Source of the DNA: an uncultured delta proteobacterium
GTDB taxonomy: Bacteria; Myxococcota; Myxococcia; Myxococcales; Anaeromyxobacteraceae
Assembly (NCBI GenBank): GCA_963828255.1
Contig: CAWHDZ010000025.1
Span: 80,627-144,626 of the forward strand
Direction of reading: 5' to 3'
DNA length: 64,000 nt
Position 1 is the first letter of the stretch, and the number at the start of each line of letters is the position of its first letter. The notes beneath the pieces were generated by a model that was not told where the DNA came from, did no database searches, and worked only from the letters and a program-made list of their open reading frames with translations. The translations under genes and the position numbers were made by a program. Positions 50,482-60,402 of this stretch are shown here, one piece after another.

Positions 50482-50982
50482 TCATCCTACACCGACAGGC
50501 GCCATCAGGCTCCGGATCGCGGCGTAGACCCCCACGCCGGCCGCCACGGACAGGTTCAGGCTGCGCTGGCCGGGGAGCATGGGGATGGCGACCCGCCGGT
50601 CCGGCCAGGCCGCGAGCAGCGCCGGCGGCAGCCCGAGCTGCTCCTGGCCGAAGACCAGCAGGTCCCCGGGCGCGAAGCGGCGTTCGAAGAGCCCTTGCCC
50701 GTCACGCGCAGTGAAAAGGTGGAGCCTCTCCGGACGCCCCCCGACCACCCGGGCCTCGAAGGCCGGCCAGTCCGGGTGGACCACGACCTCCACGTCGTCC
50801 CAGTAGTCGAGCCCGGCCCGGCGAAGCTCCTTGCCGTCCAGGGAGAAGCCGAGCGGCCCGACGAGGTGCAGCCGGCAGCCGGTCACCGCGCAGGTTCGGG
50901 CCACGTTGCCGGTGTTGGGCGGGATCTGGGGCGCGACGAGCACCACCTCGAGCGGCGGAGCGACGGGGAGCGGACCGGCCAT
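50482..50982 (-). CDS. trmL: tRNA (cytidine/uridine-34 2'-O)-methyltransferase
   Basis: PQIPPNTGNVARTC, LRRAGLDYW, FGQE..GL, RSLNLS. Confidence 0.93.
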   Translation of the reverse strand: MAGPLPVAPPLEVVLVAPQIPPNTGNVARTCAVTGCRLHLVGPLGFSLDGKELRRAGLDYWDDVEVVVHPDWPAFEARVVGGRPERLHLFTARDGQGLFERRFAPGDLLVFGQEQLGLPPALLAAWPDRRVAIPMLPGQRSLNLSVAAGVGVYAAIRSLMAPVGVG

Positions 50983-51034
50983 GGTTCGAGACTACCCTTT
51001 GACCGCCGCGGCCGCGCGCGCCTACTCTCCCGTC

Positions 51035-51760
51035 ATGCGGCTCGCCGCCATCGGAGCCTCCGACGTCGGCCTGAAGCGCAGGCACAACGAGGACGCCTAC
51101 CTGATCATGCCCGAGGCCGGCCTCTTCGCGGTGGCCGACGGCCTGGGCGGCCACGCCTCGGGCGAGGTGGCGAGCCGGATGGCGGTCGAGCACCTGGCCG
51201 CCTGCTTCGGGGCCATCGGCGGATCCCCGGAGGAGCGGCTCCGCTCCGCCTTCCAGGCGGCCAACCAGGCCGTCTTCGCCCGCGGGAGCGCCGACCCCCA
51301 CCTCTCCGGGATGGGGACGACGCTCGTCGCCGTCCACCTCGCCGACGGCGGACCGCTCGCCGTGGCCCACGTGGGCGACAGCCGCGCCTACCTCTTCCGC
51401 GAGGGACGGCTCTCCCGCCTCACCGAGGACCACTCGCTGCTGCAGGACTTCATCCGGCAGTCGAACCCCACGCCGGAGGAGATCGAGGCCTACCCGCACA
51501 AGAACGTGATCGTTCGGGCGCTGGGGATGAAGGAGACGGTGGAGGCCGACGTGGGGCTCGTCCAGGTCCGGGAGGGAGACCTCGTCCTCCTCTGCTGCGA
51601 CGGCCTCTTCGGGATGCTCCCCGACCAGCAGATGGCCGGGATCCTCCTCGAGGAGGGCGGCGAGATCCGCCGCGCCAACCAGCTGCTCGTGGACGCGGCC
51701 AACCAGGCCGGGGGCTCGGACAACGTGACCTCGGTCCTGGTCGAGATCGTGGAACTCTAG
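51035..51760 (+). CDS. PP2C-family Ser/Thr phosphatase
   Basis: R.HNED, VADGLGGH, GMGTT, HVGDSR, CCDGL, GGSDNVT. Confidence 0.93.
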   Translation: MRLAAIGASDVGLKRRHNEDAYLIMPEAGLFAVADGLGGHASGEVASRMAVEHLAACFGAIGGSPEERLRSAFQAANQAVFARGSADPHLSGMGTTLVAVHLADGGPLAVAHVGDSRAYLFREGRLSRLTEDHSLLQDFIRQSNPTPEEIEAYPHKNVIVRALGMKETVEADVGLVQVREGDLVLLCCDGLFGMLPDQQMAGILLEEGGEIRRANQLLVDAANQAGGSDNVTSVLVEIVEL

Positions 51761-52788
51761 CCGGCCGGGACCCGGAGGGCGCCCGCGGCGATCACCCCGG
51801 AGAGCCGCTCGCCGGGGGCGATCGCCGTCCCCGGCCAGACCACGGCGCGCTCCACCGAGGCGCCCTGCCCCACCCGGCTCCCCTCCCCCAGCACCGCGCC
51901 CGGCCCGACGACGGCCCCGGCCTCGACGACGGCCCCCGCCTCGACGAGCACCGGCCCGACGAGGCGCGCCGAGGGGTCCACCGAGCCACCCGCCGCCACG
52001 AAGACCCGTCCGGCCCTCGCCTCCGCTTCGGTGAACGGGTCGGCTCCCGGCAGGGCCACCGTGGCCTCCCCGGATAGGAGGTCGAGGTTCGCCTCCAGGT
52101 AACGCTCCGGCGTCCCGAGGTCGTTCCAGTAGCCGCCCGCCACCACCGCGCGCACCTGCCCCGCTGCGAGCAGCGGCGGGTAGACGCTCCGGTTCACGTC
52201 GCAGGCGAAGGGGTGGTCCGGCACGTGATCGAGGAGGGCCGGCGAGAGCACGTGGACGCCGGTGAAGTGGAGCGGCACGAGCGCCTCGCCTCCCTGGCCG
52301 AGCCCGGCGATGCGCCGGACCGCCATCCCCCGGTCCACCTCCACGGTGGCGTAGCGCGCGCCCGCCGGCATGGGCGCGAGCACCATGGTGGCGAGGGCCC
52401 CGCTCTCCCGGTGCGACGCCACGACGGCGGCGAGGTCCACGTCGAAGAGGATGTCGCCGTTCCAGAGGACGATGACGCCGGCCCCGGCGAGGAGCGGGCG
52501 GGCCTCGCGCAGCGCTCCCCCGGTCCCGGCGATGACGGGCTCCCGGGACACGGAGAGCCCGACGCCGGCCGCCTCCGCGCTCCTGGCCGCAACCCGCTCC
52601 ATGTCGGCGGCCAGGTGGTGGGCGTTCACCACCACCCGCCGGGCGCCCGCGGCACGGAGCCGGGCGAGGGCGTACCGGACGAGGGGCAGGCCGGCGACCG
52701 GGACGGCGGGCTTGGGAAGGAGGTCGGTGAGCGGCCTGAGCCGCGTTCCCAGCCCAGCGGCGAGGACCATCCCGACGACGCCGTCCAT
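51757..52788 (-). CDS. NDP-sugar synthase / sugar-phosphate nucleotidyltransferase with C-terminal beta-helix
   Basis: LAAGLGTRLRPLT..PKP, NGD, WNDLGTP; hexapeptide-like tail. Confidence 0.88.
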   Translation of the reverse strand: MDGVVGMVLAAGLGTRLRPLTDLLPKPAVPVAGLPLVRYALARLRAAGARRVVVNAHHLAADMERVAARSAEAAGVGLSVSREPVIAGTGGALREARPLLAGAGVIVLWNGDILFDVDLAAVVASHRESGALATMVLAPMPAGARYATVEVDRGMAVRRIAGLGQGGEALVPLHFTGVHVLSPALLDHVPDHPFACDVNRSVYPPLLAAGQVRAVVAGGYWNDLGTPERYLEANLDLLSGEATVALPGADPFTEAEARAGRVFVAAGGSVDPSARLVGPVLVEAGAVVEAGAVVGPGAVLGEGSRVGQGASVERAVVWPGTAIAPGERLSGVIAAGALRVPAG

Positions 52789-52807
52789 GGTAGAGCCAGC
52801 TTAGCCC

Positions 52808-53989
52808 ATGTCCCCGGCCACGCGACTTCGCCTCTTCTACTTCGCCTACTACGGCTGCGTCGGGACCCTCCTCCCCTACTTCGCGCCCTACCTGCGCGGG
52901 CTGGGGTTCTCCGGGGAGCAGATCGGCACCGTCCAGATGATCGGGCCGCTCGTGGCCGTGCCCACCGCCATCGCCTGGGCCACCGCCGCCGACCGGCTCC
53001 GGGCCCCGGCGCGGGTGCTCGGCCTGGCCACCGCCTGGGCCTTCCTCGCCGTGCTCTTCCTGCCCGCCGCCCGCACCCCCGTCGCGGTGGGGCTGGTGCT
53101 GCTCGCCTACGCGCTGGCCGACCGCGCCGTCGTCCCCCTGGTGGATTCACTCACGGTCGAGTGGACGGTCCACCACCCGGAGCCCTCCTACGCCCGGATC
53201 CGGCTCTTCGGCTCGCTGGGCTTCGCGGTGCTCACCGCCTCGGTCGGGCTCCTGCTCACCTGGCGGGGCGACCGGCCCGGGGACCCGTTCGTGCCGGTGG
53301 CGGTGGCGGCCTGCGTCGGGGCCTACGCGCTCGTGGCCCGGAGGCTGCCCACGCCGCCGGCGCCTCCCCATGCGCCGCGCTTCCGGGAGATGGTCGGGCT
53401 GCTCCGCGACGGCCCGCTGCTGGCGCTGCTGCTCGTCCTCGCGGTGCACTGGGGGGCCACCTCCCCCTTCCACCTGCTCTTCGGCCTCTTCGTGCGCGAC
53501 CTCGGGCTCCCCTCCCGCGTCACCGGGGTGGCCATGACGGTGGGCGTGGTGGCCGAGGTGGGGGCGCTCCTGGCCTTCCCGCGCATCGCCGCGCTCTTCT
53601 CCCTGCGGGCCATCCTGGGCGCGTCCTTCTCGGTGAGCGCGCTCCGCTGGCTCCTCCTCTCCCGGGCCGAGTCGGCGGCCTGGGTGATCGGGCTCCAGGT
53701 CTTGCACGCCTTCACCTTCGGTCTCTTCTGGGGCGCGGCCATGGACGCCATGTCGAGGGCCATCCCCTCGCGGCTGCGGGCCACCGGGCAGGCGATCTTC
53801 GCGGCCCTGGTCTTCGGCCTGGGCAACGCGGTGGGCTTCCAGCTCTCCGGCCTGGGCTACGACCGCTGGCACGGGGTGGGGCCGCTCTTCGCCGGTGCGG
53901 CCGGCGCCGAGCTGGTCGCGCTGCTCCTGCTCCTCGTGCTGCCGGGGCGGATCCTCAGCGGAGGTCGCGCAGCCGCTTCGCACCGATGA
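52808..53989 (+). CDS. MFS transporter (HcaT/MFS_1-like)
   Basis: YARIRLFGSLGF, AEV, QVLHAFTFG; about 12 TM. Confidence 0.87.
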   Translation: MSPATRLRLFYFAYYGCVGTLLPYFAPYLRGLGFSGEQIGTVQMIGPLVAVPTAIAWATAADRLRAPARVLGLATAWAFLAVLFLPAARTPVAVGLVLLAYALADRAVVPLVDSLTVEWTVHHPEPSYARIRLFGSLGFAVLTASVGLLLTWRGDRPGDPFVPVAVAACVGAYALVARRLPTPPAPPHAPRFREMVGLLRDGPLLALLLVLAVHWGATSPFHLLFGLFVRDLGLPSRVTGVAMTVGVVAEVGALLAFPRIAALFSLRAILGASFSVSALRWLLLSRAESAAWVIGLQVLHAFTFGLFWGAAMDAMSRAIPSRLRATGQAIFAALVFGLGNAVGFQLSGLGYDRWHGVGPLFAGAAGAELVALLLLLVLPGRILSGGRAAASHR

Positions 53990-54554
53990 CGTGGCGCAGG
54001 AGCAGGAAGAGCTCGGCCGTGGAGACCGCGTCGGTGAGCGCATCGTGGGCCTGGTAGACGGGGAGCCCGTGGTCGCGCCGGGCCTCGCCGAGGTTGAGCG
54101 AAGGCATCTCCTCCCCCCCGGGCCGGATGAGCCTCCGGCGCGTCGCCGCCCGCACGATGAGGTCCACGGTGTCCACCACCCGGGGCTTCTTCCAGGGCAG
54201 GCCGCTGCGGGCGTGGCCGTCCTTCAGGAAGGGCAGGTCGATGCCCTGGTTGTGCACGAGCAGGACGCCGCCCTCGAGCCGCCTGTCCACCTCCAGGAGC
54301 ACGGCGCGGAGCGGCGGCGAGTTGAGCAGGTCACCGGCGAGCAGCTGGTGGGCCCGCACCGACTCTGGCTTGATGGGGCGCCCGGCCTCGGGCCGGACGA
54401 GGGTGCTGAAGGACTCGCCGAGCCGGATCACCCCGGACCGGATGGGCACCATCCCCACCGAGATGATGGGGTCCTTGCGGGCGTCGAGCCCGCCCGTCTC
54501 GAGGTCGAGCGCCCAGTAGACGGGCAGGTCCCACGGTGGCGACGAGAAGAACAG
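53955..54554 (-). CDS. DEDDh 3'-5' exonuclease (DnaQ-like); start appears to be CTG
   Basis: Frame extends upstream of the called ORF: LFFSSPPWDLPVYWALDLETGGLD; also HN..ID, VDT, HDALTDA. Confidence 0.8.
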   Translation of the reverse strand: MFFSSPPWDLPVYWALDLETGGLDARKDPIISVGMVPIRSGVIRLGESFSTLVRPEAGRPIKPESVRAHQLLAGDLLNSPPLRAVLLEVDRRLEGGVLLVHNQGIDLPFLKDGHARSGLPWKKPRVVDTVDLIVRAATRRRLIRPGGEEMPSLNLGEARRDHGLPVYQAHDALTDAVSTAELFLLLRHVIGAKRLRDLR

Positions 54555-54573
54555 GCTTTCCCCCCTCGCCTCC

Positions 54574-56373
54574 CTAGACCGCCTGGTAGCGGTAGGCGGC
54601 CTTGTCCTGCCACGAGCCGATGGCCCGCAGCGAGTCCTTGAGCCGGCTGCGCTCGACGCCGGATACCTTCGAGAGCGAGATCACGTTGGTGGGGACCTTG
54701 CCCTCCGAGATGGCCTTGAGCTGCATGCGCAGCCGCAGGCCGAGCAGGTACCGGTAGGAGTCGATGACGGCGGCGCTGGCCTCGGGCCCCATGAGGCCGG
54801 CGCGGGTCGCGGCGCGCAGCCGTTCCAGGGTGCTGCGGGCCTGGCTCCCCACCGCGAGCCCGTAGCAGCGGGCCAGGAAGACCACCGGGGCGATGCCCTG
54901 CCGCTTGAGGTCGAGGTCGGTCCCGCTGCGCAGGCGGAGCACGAGGAGCGGCGGGGGTCGGAATTCGAGGGCCTGGCGGATGAGGCTCCGCAGGAAGGCG
55001 TCGCGGCGGGGAGTCCCGTCGAGCACCTCCTGCATCGGCGTGAGGTCGAGCGAGCCAGCCACCCGCCGGAAGTCGAACGAGATGGCGGCCTCGAGCACGC
55101 CCTCCGCGGTCGGGTCCCCCACCCAGCCGGCGAAGCGATCGCGCCACTCGGAGAGGGTGCCGCAGTGGTTCCGGGCCATGTAGCCGCCCGGGCAGCGGGG
55201 GAAGCCCGCCGCGGCCAGGTCGGTGTTGGCCCGGTCGGCGAGCGCCGTGTAGTACGCGCGCGAGGCGGCCCCCTCGTCGGCGAAGACCAGCGCGTTGTCC
55301 TGGTCGGTGAGCAGGGTCTGCTCCTGTCGCCCCTCCGACCCGAGCGCCAGCCAGGCGTAGGGTGCGGGCGGCTCGCCCAGATCGGCCTCGGCCCAGTGGA
55401 GGATGCGCCGCATGAGCGCGTCGTTCAGCTGGGCCACGAAGCCCGCGATCACCACCGCGTTCAATCCCCCGGCGAGCAGCGCCGCCACCATCTCGGTGAC
55501 CTTGCGGGAGTAGCCGGGCAGGCTCTGCCGCCCGGGCAGCTTGTCCACGAGCCGCAGGACCGCCACCGGCCCCTGCGAGGTGTGCTTGAGCATGTCGGTG
55601 TCGGTGAGCACGCCGAGGACCTCCCCGTCGCGCATCACCGGGAGGTGGTGGACGTTGGCCTCGAGCAGGACCGCCCAGGCCTCGTGCACCGGCAGGGAGT
55701 GCACCACGCTCTTCATCGGCCGGGAGAGGATCCGGGCCACCGGGATCTCCGGCCCCAGCCCCTGGGCCAGGACGCGCATCCGGAAGTCACGATCGGTGAC
55801 GATTCCGGGCGGGTCGCCGCGGACCAGCACCGACGAGACCCGCTCGGCGACCATGAGCCGTGCCGCGTCCCCCACCGTGGCCGTCTCCTCGACCCAGACG
55901 GCGGACCGGCGCACCAGCGTCTCCACCGGCGCCAGGAGATCGACGCGGAATGTGGCCACCGGCGAGTGCTCCAGGCTCGACTCGAGCCGGGTGGCCAGGC
56001 CGGCGGCGAAGTGGCCGGCGAAGCGGGCGTCGGAGAGCAGCCGGTTGAACTCGTCGCCGGGGATCCGGTAGGCGAGCAGGTCCTCCTCGACGACGCCGTC
56101 GAGGGTGGCCCTGCCGGTGATGAGGGAGGTGTACCCGAACGTCTCCCCCTCCTCGAGGACCTGGAGGATCTGCCCGGCGCGCTCGAGGCGCATCGCCCCC
56201 TTGCGGATCACGTACAGGTGCGCGAGCGGATCCTCTCCCACGGTCACGAGCTTCGTGCCCGCCGGGTGGTAGATGACTTCCAGGCTCCGCGCCGCACCGT
56301 CGAACAGATCCTGCGGGAGGCTGTCGAACGGTGGCGTGGAGCGGACGAACGAGACCGGGTCCAGTGCCGTCAT
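54574..56373 (-). CDS. cNMP-binding/CBS/DUF294 nucleotidyltransferase-like protein
   Basis: cNMP domain, CBS pair, LGSEGRQEQTLLTDQDNAL, CPGGYMA, DLKRQG. Confidence 0.92.
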   Translation of the reverse strand: MTALDPVSFVRSTPPFDSLPQDLFDGAARSLEVIYHPAGTKLVTVGEDPLAHLYVIRKGAMRLERAGQILQVLEEGETFGYTSLITGRATLDGVVEEDLLAYRIPGDEFNRLLSDARFAGHFAAGLATRLESSLEHSPVATFRVDLLAPVETLVRRSAVWVEETATVGDAARLMVAERVSSVLVRGDPPGIVTDRDFRMRVLAQGLGPEIPVARILSRPMKSVVHSLPVHEAWAVLLEANVHHLPVMRDGEVLGVLTDTDMLKHTSQGPVAVLRLVDKLPGRQSLPGYSRKVTEMVAALLAGGLNAVVIAGFVAQLNDALMRRILHWAEADLGEPPAPYAWLALGSEGRQEQTLLTDQDNALVFADEGAASRAYYTALADRANTDLAAAGFPRCPGGYMARNHCGTLSEWRDRFAGWVGDPTAEGVLEAAISFDFRRVAGSLDLTPMQEVLDGTPRRDAFLRSLIRQALEFRPPPLLVLRLRSGTDLDLKRQGIAPVVFLARCYGLAVGSQARSTLERLRAATRAGLMGPEASAAVIDSYRYLLGLRLRMQLKAISEGKVPTNVISLSKVSGVERSRLKDSLRAIGSWQDKAAYRYQAV

Positions 56374-56887
56374 GCCGACGAGATTACCCGAACCCGCAGG
56401 GCGTCATCAGGAAGAGAAGGCCAGGCCCACGCCCAGGGCGACGAACCGTCGGGGAGCAGCCCCCGGTCGTCCCGGACGAGGGTCGCCGAGGAATGCATGG
56501 CGGTCCACCCCTGCCCGGGCGACGCGACGGGATCGAGTGCAGCCATCGCCGATCACCCTAGCACGCACCCCGGGAGCGACCCGGACCCAACCGGGACACG
56601 GGGTGGATCATCCCTCACCGATAGTCACAACCCATCGGGGGCGAGGTGTCGCATCTGCACGCACATGATGGACAATTCCCGATCAGAGCGCTCGCGGTTC
56701 GGCATTGATCCGCGTCAATTTTGCGCACTGCGTCGCAACTTTTTCGCGCAACTGGTGCGTCGCCCTTCCATCTTTGTACCCATCTGTAATAACCTGCCGC
56801 TTCCCTTTGTTCCGGGCCCCCAAGCTTTCAGCCGAACGCCGTCCACACCCGTACGGACTCACACACACCCCCCGCGGAGGATCAACA

Positions 56888-58561
56888 ATGGCCGTTACCC
56901 CCCCCACCAGCGCACCCAGCTCCGGCGCCGGGATGACCAAAGAAGAGAGAATGGTCGTCTTCGCGTCGTCCCTCGGCACTGTGTTCGAGTGGTACGACTT
57001 CTACCTCTACGGATCGCTGGCGGCCATCATCGCCAAGCACTTCTTCGTGGCGGTCAACGAGGCGACCTCGTTCATCTTCGCCCTGCTCGCCTTCGCCGCC
57101 GGCTTCTTCGTCCGTCCCTTCGGCGCCATCTTCTTCGGCCGCCTCGGCGACATGATCGGCCGTAAGTACACCTTCCTCATCACCATCCTCATGATGGGCG
57201 CGGCGACGTTCATCGTCGGCGTCCTCCCCGGCTACGCGACGCTCGGCATCGCGGCGCCGATCATCCTCATCACCCTGCGCCTCTTCCAGGGCCTCGCCCT
57301 CGGCGGCGAGTACGGCGGAGCGGCCACCTACGTGGCCGAGCACTCCCCCAACGGCCGCCGCGGCTACTTCACCTCGTTCATCCAGACCACGGCCACCCTC
57401 GGCCTCTTCCTCTCGCTGCTCGTCATCCTGGGCACCCGCATCCTGATCGGCACCGCCAAGTTCGAGGAGTGGGGCTGGCGCATTCCCTTCCTCCTCTCCA
57501 TCGCGCTCCTCGGCATCTCGGTGTGGATCCGGCTCCAGCTGTCCGAGTCGCCCGTCTTCAAGCGCATGAAGGAGGAGGGCAAGGGCTCCAAGGCTCCGCT
57601 CACCGAGTCCTTCCTCAAGTGGCGCAACCTCAAGATCGTGCTCATCGCGCTGCTCGGCGCCGTCGCCGGCCAGGGCGTTGTCTGGTACACGGGCATGTTC
57701 TACGAGCTCTTCTTCGTCATCAACATCCTCAAGGTCGACCCCCAGTTCGGCAACCTGGTCATCGCGGCGGCCCTCATCATCGGCACGCCGTTCTTCATCG
57801 TCTTCGGCGCCCTCTCCGACAAGATCGGCCGCAAGTGGATCATCATGGCGGGCCTGCTGCTCGCCGCCGCGACCTACTTCCCGATCTTCAAGGGCATCAC
57901 CAAGGCGGCCAACCCCGCACTCCTCGAGGCCACCCAGCAGTACCCGGTGAAGGTCTTCGCGGATCCGGCCAACTGCACCTTCCAGTTCGACCCCGTCGGC
58001 AAGGCGACCTTCCGGAAGTCCTGCGACGTGGCCAAGAGCTTCCTCTCCAGGAAGGGCATCCCGTACACCAACGAGGTGCTTCCCGCTGGATCGCTGGCCT
58101 TCGTGACCGTGGGCTCCGAGAAGATCGAGGCCTTCGACGGCGTGGCGCTCACGCCGGCCGACTTCAAGGCCCAGACGGCGGCCTTCACGGCCAAGATGAA
58201 CGCGGCCACGAAGACCTACCCGGCCAAGGCCGACCTGAACCGGGTCAACACGCCGATGCTGATCTTCCTCCTCGTCATCCTCGTGATCTACGTGACCATG
58301 GTGTACGCCCCCATCGGCGCCTACCTGGTCGAGATGTTCCCGGCGCGCATCCGCTACACCTCGATGTCGCTGCCGTACCACATCGGCAACGGCTGGTTCG
58401 GCGGCTTCCTGCCCTCGATCGCCTTCGCCATCGTGACCGCGACCGGTGACATCTACGCCGGCCTGTGGTACCCGATCATCATCGCGGTCATGTCGCTCGT
58501 CATCGGAACGCTGCTCCTCAAGGACACCGATCCGAACGCGTCGATCTCCCACACGGATTAG
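56888..58561 (+). CDS. MHS-family MFS transporter (metabolite:H+ symporter)
   Basis: GTVFEWYDF, RPFGA..FG..GD..GRK, QGLALGGEYGGA, GWRIPF; GGAGG RBS. Confidence 0.92.
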   Translation: MAVTPPTSAPSSGAGMTKEERMVVFASSLGTVFEWYDFYLYGSLAAIIAKHFFVAVNEATSFIFALLAFAAGFFVRPFGAIFFGRLGDMIGRKYTFLITILMMGAATFIVGVLPGYATLGIAAPIILITLRLFQGLALGGEYGGAATYVAEHSPNGRRGYFTSFIQTTATLGLFLSLLVILGTRILIGTAKFEEWGWRIPFLLSIALLGISVWIRLQLSESPVFKRMKEEGKGSKAPLTESFLKWRNLKIVLIALLGAVAGQGVVWYTGMFYELFFVINILKVDPQFGNLVIAAALIIGTPFFIVFGALSDKIGRKWIIMAGLLLAAATYFPIFKGITKAANPALLEATQQYPVKVFADPANCTFQFDPVGKATFRKSCDVAKSFLSRKGIPYTNEVLPAGSLAFVTVGSEKIEAFDGVALTPADFKAQTAAFTAKMNAATKTYPAKADLNRVNTPMLIFLLVILVIYVTMVYAPIGAYLVEMFPARIRYTSMSLPYHIGNGWFGGFLPSIAFAIVTATGDIYAGLWYPIIIAVMSLVIGTLLLKDTDPNASISHTD

Positions 58562-58588
58562 TGGGCCGTTTCGACTTCGAAGTTTCCG

Positions 58589-58622
58589 CCCCCCTCGCCG
58601 CAAGGCGAGGGGGGTTTCGTTC
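58589..58622 (+). terminator. Intrinsic terminator
   Basis: CCCCCCTCGCC-GCAA-GGCGAGGGGGG-TTTCGTT. Confidence 0.75.
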
Positions 58623-58652
58623 ACGACGAACCACCAGAGCGGAGAAAATCAG

Positions 58653-58856
58653 ATGAAGAAGCTGCTGACGCAGGCATCGGTCGCCGCCACGGCTCTCGCG
58701 ACCACCACGGTTGCGCTGGCCTCGGAGGCTCCCGACTCCGGAGTGACCGAGATGAACGCCGGCCCGGGCACCTTCTTCCTTCTCCTCGGCGGCGTCGCCG
58801 CCCTGGGCGTCGTGCTCTGGCTCATGCTGAAGTTCATGAACCGCAAGAAGAGCTAG
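58653..58856 (+). CDS. Small (67 aa) signal peptide + single TM protein
   Basis: GGAG RBS; MKKLL...VALA signal, short acidic linker, TM helix, NRKKS tail. Confidence 0.65.
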   Translation: MKKLLTQASVAATALATTTVALASEAPDSGVTEMNAGPGTFFLLLGGVAALGVVLWLMLKFMNRKKS

Positions 58857-58938
58857 GCAGACCGGTAGACGATTCACCCGTCGCCGCTCCCGGGCCTCGG
58901 CCCGCGGGCGGCGATCTGCGTTGCGGGCCCGGCGTGCG

Positions 58939-60348
58939 CTAATCCCGCCCGGGCGTGGGCGGCCGCACCAGCGTCACCGTGCAGGGGGCCTCGGCCGCGA
59001 TCTTGGTGGCGAAGGTGCCCATGAGCGCGCGCAGCGGCAGGCCGGGGGGCGGGGCGCCGATGACGATCTGGTCCACGGCGTTGGCCCGCGCGTAGGCGAG
59101 CACGGTCGCCGCCGGGTCGTGCCCTTCCAGCACGTGGAAGGAGATGGCGGCCGTGGGGATCTGGAGCGGCTCGGCCCAGTGGCGCAGGACCACCAGGTTC
59201 TTGATGGCCTGGGTGGTGGCCACGTCGTCCTCGGTCTCGGCTCCGGTCACCGAGGAGGGGCGCACCACCGTGACGCAGGCCAGCCGGGTCGCCGGGTCGG
59301 AGGCCAGCAGCCTCCGCACCGCGTCCCGCTGGGCCTGGAAGAGGGCCTCGTTGGTGTGGGTGGTGGCCACCGCGGCCAGCACGATGCGGGCGTTGGCGAG
59401 CTGGGCCGAGGGGCGGACCACCGCGGCCGGCTCCATGCCCTTGGCCTTGATCCAGCGCTTGAACTGGGTGCCCAGGCCGGCCCGCTCGAGCCTCCGGCCC
59501 CGCTCGGTCACCACGACCTGTTCGGAGTGGGTGAGGTCGAAGGCAACCTGGGACGCCGAGGCGTAGCGCTGGTTCGCGTCGGGCTCGAGCAGGTGGAGGA
59601 TGACCTCCTGGAGCCACTCGGGGATCTCCGGGCGGATGGCCCGTGGCGGCGCCGGTTCGGAGTGGAGCCGGCGACGCAGCCCGGAGGGGCTGGATGGCGA
59701 CCCGAAGGGCAGCCTCCCGGTGGCGAACTCGTAGAGCATGGCCCCGAGCGCGAAGAGGTCGCTGCGCGGATCGCCGCGGACGCCCAGCACCTGCTCGGGC
59801 GAGATGTAGGGCGCCGAGCCCATGGGGTTGCGGTTCTCCTCGGCCAGCAGGTCCGGATAGTGGGCGTGGTTGGCCAGCCCGAAGTCGATGAGGACCGCCT
59901 CGCCGGAGGGGCGCAGGATGACGTTGGACGGCTTCACGTCGAGGTGGACCACCTCCTGCTGGTGGAGCGAGCGGAGCGCGGTGGCCACCGCGGCGCCCAG
60001 GCGCGCCACCTCCTCGACCGGCAGCGGGGCCTTCTCCACCCGGTCCTTCAGGCACTCGCCCTCGACGAGTTCCATCACGATGTAGGGCTCGACGGCCAGG
60101 TCCCCGGCGGCGACGTACCGGGGCACGTGGGTCCCCTGCAGGACCGACATGACGTTCTGCTCCACCTCGTAGCTCACCACCGCCTCGGCCGGCTCACCGT
60201 AGCCCAGGCGTGGGAGCTTCATCACCAGGGGGAAACCCGGATCCTGGGGCGCCTCGACCGTGAGCAGGGAGCCCATGCCTCCGGAGTGGAGCTTGCCGGT
60301 GATCCGGTACCCGTCGATCTCCTCGCCGACCTCGGGAAGGCGGCCCAT
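58939..60348 (-). CDS. Ser/Thr kinase fused to a universal stress protein domain
   Basis: HSGGMG, HLDVKPSN, IDFG, GSAPYISPEQ; C-terminal DQIVIGA...APCTVTLVR. Confidence 0.9.
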   Translation of the reverse strand: MGRLPEVGEEIDGYRITGKLHSGGMGSLLTVEAPQDPGFPLVMKLPRLGYGEPAEAVVSYEVEQNVMSVLQGTHVPRYVAAGDLAVEPYIVMELVEGECLKDRVEKAPLPVEEVARLGAAVATALRSLHQQEVVHLDVKPSNVILRPSGEAVLIDFGLANHAHYPDLLAEENRNPMGSAPYISPEQVLGVRGDPRSDLFALGAMLYEFATGRLPFGSPSSPSGLRRRLHSEPAPPRAIRPEIPEWLQEVILHLLEPDANQRYASASQVAFDLTHSEQVVVTERGRRLERAGLGTQFKRWIKAKGMEPAAVVRPSAQLANARIVLAAVATTHTNEALFQAQRDAVRRLLASDPATRLACVTVVRPSSVTGAETEDDVATTQAIKNLVVLRHWAEPLQIPTAAISFHVLEGHDPAATVLAYARANAVDQIVIGAPPPGLPLRALMGTFATKIAAEAPCTVTLVRPPTPGRD

Positions 60349-60402
60349 AGTGCTCCGACTCGGCGAGCTTCGCAGTAGGCGACCTGCCGGGCGGAGCACT
60401 AT
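60347..60402. repeat. 56-bp element with 11-bp terminal inverted repeats (ATAGTGCTCCG/CGGAGCACTAT)
   Basis: Read directly; arms extend imperfectly inward. Confidence 0.7.
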
